A DNA stretch of 64,000 nucleotides from an uncultured Candidatus Binatia bacterium. GTDB taxonomy: Bacteria; Desulfobacterota; Binatia; UBA9968; JAJDTQ01. The notes under the pieces were generated by a model. The model searched no databases. It was not told where the DNA came from and saw only the letters and a list, made by a program, of their open reading frames with translations. How positions within the stretch are numbered: position 1 is the stretch's first letter; each line of letters starts with the position of its first letter. The stretch is from the NCBI GenBank assembly GCA_965215605.1, contig OZ244070.1:1-64000 (forward strand). The letters are read 5' to 3'. Of the stretch, positions 58,990-64,000 are shown piece by piece. Both the position numbers and the translations under genes were made by a program.

Positions 58990-59610
58990 GTGGCCTGGAT
59001 CAAGTCCTTCACCTGGATCAAGATTCTCGTTTTCGCCGCGTCGCTGGTCCCGGCGGCGCGGCTCGTGGTCGGGCTCTTCACCGGCGGGCTCGGCGCCAAC
59101 CCGGTGGAGTTCATCACCCACACCACCGGCACCTTTGCGCTGGTGTTCCTGATGATCACGCTGGCGGTGACGCCGCTCCGGCGCGTCACCGGGTACGGAA
59201 GCCTGATCCGGCTGCGGCGCATGCTGGGTCTGTTCGCCTTCTTCTACACTGTCCTGCATCTCTCCACCTTCGTTGTGCTGGACCACTTCTTCGACCCCGC
59301 CGCGATCCTGCAGGACGTCGTCAAGCGGCCGTACATCACCGCGGGCTCCGTCGGCTTTCTTCTGATGGTGCCGCTGGCCGCCACCTCCACCGCCGGCATG
59401 ATCCGCCGGCTCGGCGGCCGCCGCTGGCAGCAGCTCCACCGCCTGGTGTACTTCTCGGCCATCGCCGGGGTGGTGCACTTCCTCTGGCTGGTGAAGGCCG
59501 ACCTGCGGGAGCCCCTCATCTTTGCCGGGGTGCTGGCGGTGCTGCTGGGCTACCGCATCGCGGTCTGGCGCGACGCGCCGTGGGCGAAGAAGCGCGCGGC
59601 CCGCGCGTGA
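58990..59610 (+). CDS. msrQ: Protein-methionine-sulfoxide reductase heme subunit
   Basis: ANPVE..TH.TG, LAVTPLR, RRMLGL..FFY..LH, KRPYIT, WQQLHRLVY. Confidence 0.95.
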   Translation: MAWIKSFTWIKILVFAASLVPAARLVVGLFTGGLGANPVEFITHTTGTFALVFLMITLAVTPLRRVTGYGSLIRLRRMLGLFAFFYTVLHLSTFVVLDHFFDPAAILQDVVKRPYITAGSVGFLLMVPLAATSTAGMIRRLGGRRWQQLHRLVYFSAIAGVVHFLWLVKADLREPLIFAGVLAVLLGYRIAVWRDAPWAKKRAARA

Positions 59611-59611
59611 T

Positions 59612-59641
59612 TTGACATGAACGCGGCCTCCCCGTTATAAA
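59612..59641 (+). promoter_or_regulatory. Sigma70 promoter of the molybdoenzyme operon
   Basis: TTGACA-N18-TATAAA about 120 nt upstream of the start codon. Confidence 0.6.
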
Positions 59642-59762
59642 CTTCCGCTGCACAGTTCCAAGGCGCGGTCGTCCCCTCGGCCGCGCTTTCCACTAAGTGG
59701 CCGCGATCAGGCGCCCGGACAAACTCGGGGCACGATCCGGACACAACGAAGAGACTCACGCC

Positions 59763-60236
59763 ATGAAACAAACGGTTCGCGTCACCGTCAACGGACGGTT
59801 GTACGAGGAGGAAATCGAGCCGCGCCAGCTCCTTTCCTATTTTCTGCGGGAGACCATCGGCCTCACCGGCACCCACATCGGCTGCATCGTCGGCGAGTGC
59901 GGCGCCTGCACCGTGCAGGTGGACGGCACGCTGGTGAAATCGTGCCTGATGTTCGCGGTGCAGGCCAACGGCAAGGAGATCACCACCATCGAGGGCCTGG
60001 CCGAGGGCGACACGCTGCACCCGGTGCAGGAGGCCTTCATCAACAACTACGGCTTCCAGTGCGGCTACTGCACGCCGGGCATGATCATGGCGGCGGACTC
60101 TCTGTTGAAGAAGAACCCGGACCCCAGCGAAGAGGAGATCCGCGAGGGGCTGGCGGGAAATCTATGCATGTGCACCGGGTACATGCAGATCGTTGCGGCT
60201 GTAAGGGAAGCCGCGGGGCAGGTCAACCATGGCTAG
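59763..60236 (+). CDS. Xanthine dehydrogenase family 2Fe-2S subunit (CoxS-like)
   Basis: [31 protein letters not shown]. Confidence 0.92.
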   Translation: MKQTVRVTVNGRLYEEEIEPRQLLSYFLRETIGLTGTHIGCIVGECGACTVQVDGTLVKSCLMFAVQANGKEITTIEGLAEGDTLHPVQEAFINNYGFQCGYCTPGMIMAADSLLKKNPDPSEEEIREGLAGNLCMCTGYMQIVAAVREAAGQVNHG

Positions 60237-62655
60237 CGCCAATCCAAACGAATACGTGGGCCTTGCCACGCGAAGCAAGGAAGGGCCGCGGCTCGCCACC
60301 GGACAGGGTCGGTACACCGACGACTTCACCGAGCCCGGCATGCTGCAGGCGGTGTTTCTCCGGAGTCCCCACGCGCACGCACGCATTCTCGGGGTGGACG
60401 CCCAGGCCGCCCTGAGCCGTCCGGACGTGTTCGCGGTGGTGACGCCCGAGGACATGAAGCGGGACACCAAGCCGTTCCGGCCGGGCCGTTATGCCGCCGG
60501 CCTCAAGAAGCCGGTGGAGGAGTACGCCGGAGCGGTGGACAAGGTGCGCTACGTGGGCGAGCCCGTGGGCGCGGTGGCGGCCAGGGACCGCAGCACCGCG
60601 GAGGACGTTCTCGAATCCATCACCGTGGACTACGACATCCTCCCCGCCAACACCGACGTCCACCAGGCCATGGCCGGCGAGGACGCCTCGGTCATCTATG
60701 AGGAACTCGGCGCCAACCTGGCCTGGCAGGGGACCCTGGAATACGGCGACACGGAGAAAGCTTTCCGGCAAGCCGACCGGGTGGTGCAGGAGAACCTCAA
60801 GATCCACCGCTACAGTTCCACGCCGCTGGAGCCGCTGGCGTGCATCGCCTCCTTCGACCGCTTCAGCAAGAAGCTCACCGTCCGCACCAACACCCAGGTG
60901 CCCGAGAACATCTACGACGCGCTGCGGGACGCCTTGGGCCTGGACGACATCCGGGTCATCATCCCGGACATCGGCGGCGGCTTCGGGCAGAAGATCCATC
61001 TGATCCGCAAGTACGTGGTGATCGTAGCGCTCCTGGCCATCAAGTCGGGCCGGCCGGTGAAGTGGATCGAGGACCGGAACGAGCACATGATGGCCGCGGG
61101 CCACGCGTGCGAGCAGCACTTCGACGTCGAGGCCGCGGTGAAGAACGACGGCACCGTCACCGGGCTCCGCTTCAAGGAGATCGATGACGTCGGCGGCTCC
61201 GTGAGCACGCTGACCATCCACTTCACCAACAAGCTCAACAACCTGAGCAACACCTACAAGGTCCAGAACATCCGCGCGGACGGCTACTCGGTGGTCACCA
61301 ACCGCTGTCCGGTGATCCCCAACCGGGGCATCGGGAAGCCGGGCATGTGCTACATCTGGGAGCGCATCATCGACCGGGTGGCCCAGGACCTGGACATGGA
61401 TCCCTCGGAGGTGCGCTTCAGGAACTTGGTGCAGCCGGAACAGATGCCCTACACCACGCCCAACGGCAACGTCTACGACAGCGGCGACTACCCGGGCCTG
61501 CTGAAACGGGCGCTGGAGAAGGTGGACTACCCGGCCCTCAAGGAAGAGCAGGCGCGGGAACGCGAGAACGGCCGCTACCTCGGCATCGGCGTGGTCATCG
61601 GGGTGGAACCCGGCGGCCGGAACGCCGCCCGCGACATGGCCATCTTCCCCGAGATGAAGGAGACGCCGGGCTCCGGCGGCATCAACGGCGCCACCATCAA
61701 GCTCGAAAAGAACGGCACCATCGCCCTCTACCTGGGCTCGCCCAACTGCGGGCAGGCCCACGAGACCACCACCGCGCAGGTGGCCGCCGGCATCCTTGGC
61801 GTGAGCCCGGACGTCATCAGCACCACCACGCCCTTCGACAGCGACATCGCGCCCTGGGGCGTGGCCGCGGCCAACAGCGGCAACAACTTCCACCTCTACG
61901 ACATCGGCTCCATCATCGGCGCCGCGACGCAGCTACGGGAGAAGGTGCTCAAGGTGGCCGGCCACATCCTGGACGCGGAGCCGTCGGACCTGGAGATCGC
62001 CGACGGCGTTGTGACCGTTCCGGGGTTCCCGCGGCGGAAGCTCACCTTCGCCGAGCTGGGCAAGGTCGCCTACAACAACCAAGCGCTTCTGCCCGAGGGC
62101 ATCGACGCCGGGCTGCAGACCACCTTCTACTACACCTTCCCGCACGCGCAGCCCAACATGGTGCCGGGCAAGGACGGCAGGGTGCGGGCCCAGTTCACCT
62201 TCGGCGCCGGCGCCCACGTGGCGGTGGTGGAAGTGGACCCGCGAACCGGCAAGGTCGAGGTGCTGCGCTATCTCATCGTGGGCGACAACGGCACCATCAT
62301 CAATCCCGACGTGGTGGACGGACAGATCTACGGCTCGGCGGCCCACGGCATCGCCGTGGCCCTGGGCGAGGGGTTCGTGTACGACGACGAGGGACAGCTC
62401 CTCACCATTACCTTGACCGACTACGGCAAGTGCTCCACCGCCGAGACCCCGGTTATCGAAGTGGAACACCGGCCCTCGCCCTCGGCCTTCACGCCGCTGG
62501 GACAGAAGGCCGCGGGCGAAGGGGCCGCCATCCCCTCCCCCGCCGCCATCGCCAGCGCCGTGGAGAACGCCCTGGAGCCGTTCGGGGTCAAGGTCCGGGA
62601 TTTGCCGCTCACCCCCGAGCGCGTCTGGCAACTGATAAAGGAGACGCAGACATGA
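60229..62655 (+). CDS. Xanthine dehydrogenase family molybdopterin subunit (CoxL-like, not true CODH)
   Basis: [50 protein letters not shown]. Confidence 0.92.
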   Translation: MASANPNEYVGLATRSKEGPRLATGQGRYTDDFTEPGMLQAVFLRSPHAHARILGVDAQAALSRPDVFAVVTPEDMKRDTKPFRPGRYAAGLKKPVEEYAGAVDKVRYVGEPVGAVAARDRSTAEDVLESITVDYDILPANTDVHQAMAGEDASVIYEELGANLAWQGTLEYGDTEKAFRQADRVVQENLKIHRYSSTPLEPLACIASFDRFSKKLTVRTNTQVPENIYDALRDALGLDDIRVIIPDIGGGFGQKIHLIRKYVVIVALLAIKSGRPVKWIEDRNEHMMAAGHACEQHFDVEAAVKNDGTVTGLRFKEIDDVGGSVSTLTIHFTNKLNNLSNTYKVQNIRADGYSVVTNRCPVIPNRGIGKPGMCYIWERIIDRVAQDLDMDPSEVRFRNLVQPEQMPYTTPNGNVYDSGDYPGLLKRALEKVDYPALKEEQARERENGRYLGIGVVIGVEPGGRNAARDMAIFPEMKETPGSGGINGATIKLEKNGTIALYLGSPNCGQAHETTTAQVAAGILGVSPDVISTTTPFDSDIAPWGVAAANSGNNFHLYDIGSIIGAATQLREKVLKVAGHILDAEPSDLEIADGVVTVPGFPRRKLTFAELGKVAYNNQALLPEGIDAGLQTTFYYTFPHAQPNMVPGKDGRVRAQFTFGAGAHVAVVEVDPRTGKVEVLRYLIVGDNGTIINPDVVDGQIYGSAAHGIAVALGEGFVYDDEGQLLTITLTDYGKCSTAETPVIEVEHRPSPSAFTPLGQKAAGEGAAIPSPAAIASAVENALEPFGVKVRDLPLTPERVWQLIKETQT

Positions 62656-63512
62656 TCCCCGGCGCGTTCGACTACCACGCACCCTCGTCCCTGGACGAAG
62701 CACTGTCGCTGCTGTCCGCCAACCTGGACGACGCCAAGGTCCTGGCCGGCGGCCAGAGCCTGCTGCCGCTCATGAAGCTGCGGCTGGCCAAGCCCGAGGT
62801 CATCATCGACATCGGCGGCCTCGACGAGCTCAACTACATCCGCGAGGACGGAGACCACATCGCCATCGGCGCGCTGGCGACCTACACCGACGTGGCGGAG
62901 TCCGAGTTGATCCTCAGCCGCTGCCCGCTGCTGGCCCAGACCGCCGTGGTGGTGGGCGACGTCCAGGTGCGGAACCGCGGCACCGTCGGCGGCGGACTCG
63001 CCCACGCCGATCCCGCCGAGGACCTGCCGGCCGCCATCCTGGCCCTCGACGCCGAACTCAAGGCAACCGGACCTGACGGCGAGCGCTGGATCCCCGCCGG
63101 CGAGTTCTTCATCACCATGCTCACCACCAGCCTCATGCCCGAAGAACTGCTCACCGAGATCCGGGTGCCCGCCCGGGACGGCTACAGGACATCGTACCAG
63201 AAGGTGTCGCGCCAAGCCGCCGGCTTCGCCATCGTCGGCGTCGCGGTGTGCCTGAAGGAGTCCGCCAACGGCGTCTGCGAGGACATTTCGGTAGCGGTCA
63301 CCGGCATGACCGACGTGGCCTTCCGCGCCGAAAAGGTAGAAGCCGCGCTACGGGGCCAGAAGCTCGACGACAGCGCCATCGCAAGCGCGGCTGCGCTGGT
63401 GACGGACGGCGTCGACCCCATCGAGGATGTCAACGCCACCCCCGCCTACCGCTCACACTTGGCGCAGGTGTACGTGGAGAGGACGATTCAGGCGGCACGG
63501 GCGGACGACTAG
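62652..63512 (+). CDS. Xanthine dehydrogenase family FAD subunit (CoxM-like)
   Basis: [46 protein letters not shown]. Confidence 0.92.
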   Translation: MIPGAFDYHAPSSLDEALSLLSANLDDAKVLAGGQSLLPLMKLRLAKPEVIIDIGGLDELNYIREDGDHIAIGALATYTDVAESELILSRCPLLAQTAVVVGDVQVRNRGTVGGGLAHADPAEDLPAAILALDAELKATGPDGERWIPAGEFFITMLTTSLMPEELLTEIRVPARDGYRTSYQKVSRQAAGFAIVGVAVCLKESANGVCEDISVAVTGMTDVAFRAEKVEAALRGQKLDDSAIASAAALVTDGVDPIEDVNATPAYRSHLAQVYVERTIQAARADD

Positions 63513-63543
63513 AGAGCTCCAGGCACAAGCCCCGTCGAGCCCA

Positions 63544-64000
63544 TCACACCTCCCGCACGGCACCGGAAGCGCTCAGCACAAGAGAAGCCACGCCGCACGC
63601 GATCAGGACGCCTCCGAATACCACGGTTATCTTGCTGGTCCCCACGTTGGGGATGAACACGAACACGGTCACCAGGGTGCCGAGCACGTTTCCCATGGTG
63701 GAGACTCCGTACACGGCGCCGGTGATGCGTCCGCCGTACTCCAGTTCCTTGAGCAAGAGACGGACGAAGAACGGGGATAGCGCTGCAAGAAGCGCCACGG
63801 GGAGAAACGTCAGACACACGGCGGCGAGCATGATGCCCCAGAAGTCGTAGCCGGCGGACAGCATGATGGCTTCCATGACCCGGTTCGCCAGGAACGCCAC
63901 GAGGATCAGGTACACCCCGACGACGGAGAGCACGCTCGATACGATCCAGATTTCCCGGGAACGATCGGCGACGATGCCTCCCATGGTGTAGCCAACCATC
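63544..64000 (-). CDS. Membrane domain of the fused MFS/spermidine synthase family (5'-truncated by the window)
   Basis: GYTMGG.VADR, LPVALLAALSPFFVRL, GRITGAVYGVSTMGNVLGTL. Confidence 0.75.
   Translation of the reverse strand, partial: MVGYTMGGIVADRSREIWIVSSVLSVVGVYLILVAFLANRVMEAIMLSAGYDFWGIMLAAVCLTFLPVALLAALSPFFVRLLLKELEYGGRITGAVYGVSTMGNVLGTLVTVFVFIPNVGTSKITVVFGGVLIACGVASLVLSASGAVREV

Noticed and set aside
60229-62655. Aerobic CO dehydrogenase
   Set aside because: Lacks the AYxCSFR Cu-binding motif and the coxDEFG genes.

Overview
GC-rich, densely coding bacterial chromosome segment with about 60 genes and two tRNAs (elongator Met-CAT, Lys-TTT). Housekeeping genes (fbaB, fbp, asnS, prpB/prpD, galE, msrPQ, Sua5/YciO, DUF368) are mixed with many paralogous catabolic genes: five ornithine-cyclodeaminase/mu-crystallin proteins, two Rieske oxygenases plus a deleted remnant, two amidohydrolases, two TctC/Bug binding proteins, cupins and a CoxSLM-like molybdoenzyme. 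This paralogue style suggests Candidatus Binatia or a related 'Deltaproteobacteria' lineage (inference only). Highlights: (1) an RNA-ligase-motif protein placed between an aryl-CoA ligase and a phenylphosphate-carboxylase-alpha-like UbiD with a gamma-subunit-like partner; (2) an NCS2 permease fused to a degenerate RsbW-like HATPase domain; (3) a small defence islet with GmrSD/DUF262, AlbA_2-HATPase and an apparent chimeric scar of two different restriction-modification genes; (4) a Rieske gene collapsed to its two ends; (5) an orphan HicB-like gene in a catabolic operon; (6) two adjacent frameshifted genes; (7) an unlisted 53-aa basic protein; (8) REP-like palindromes. No CRISPR array, integrase or transposase was seen. 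All family assignments come from motif recognition, not database searches.
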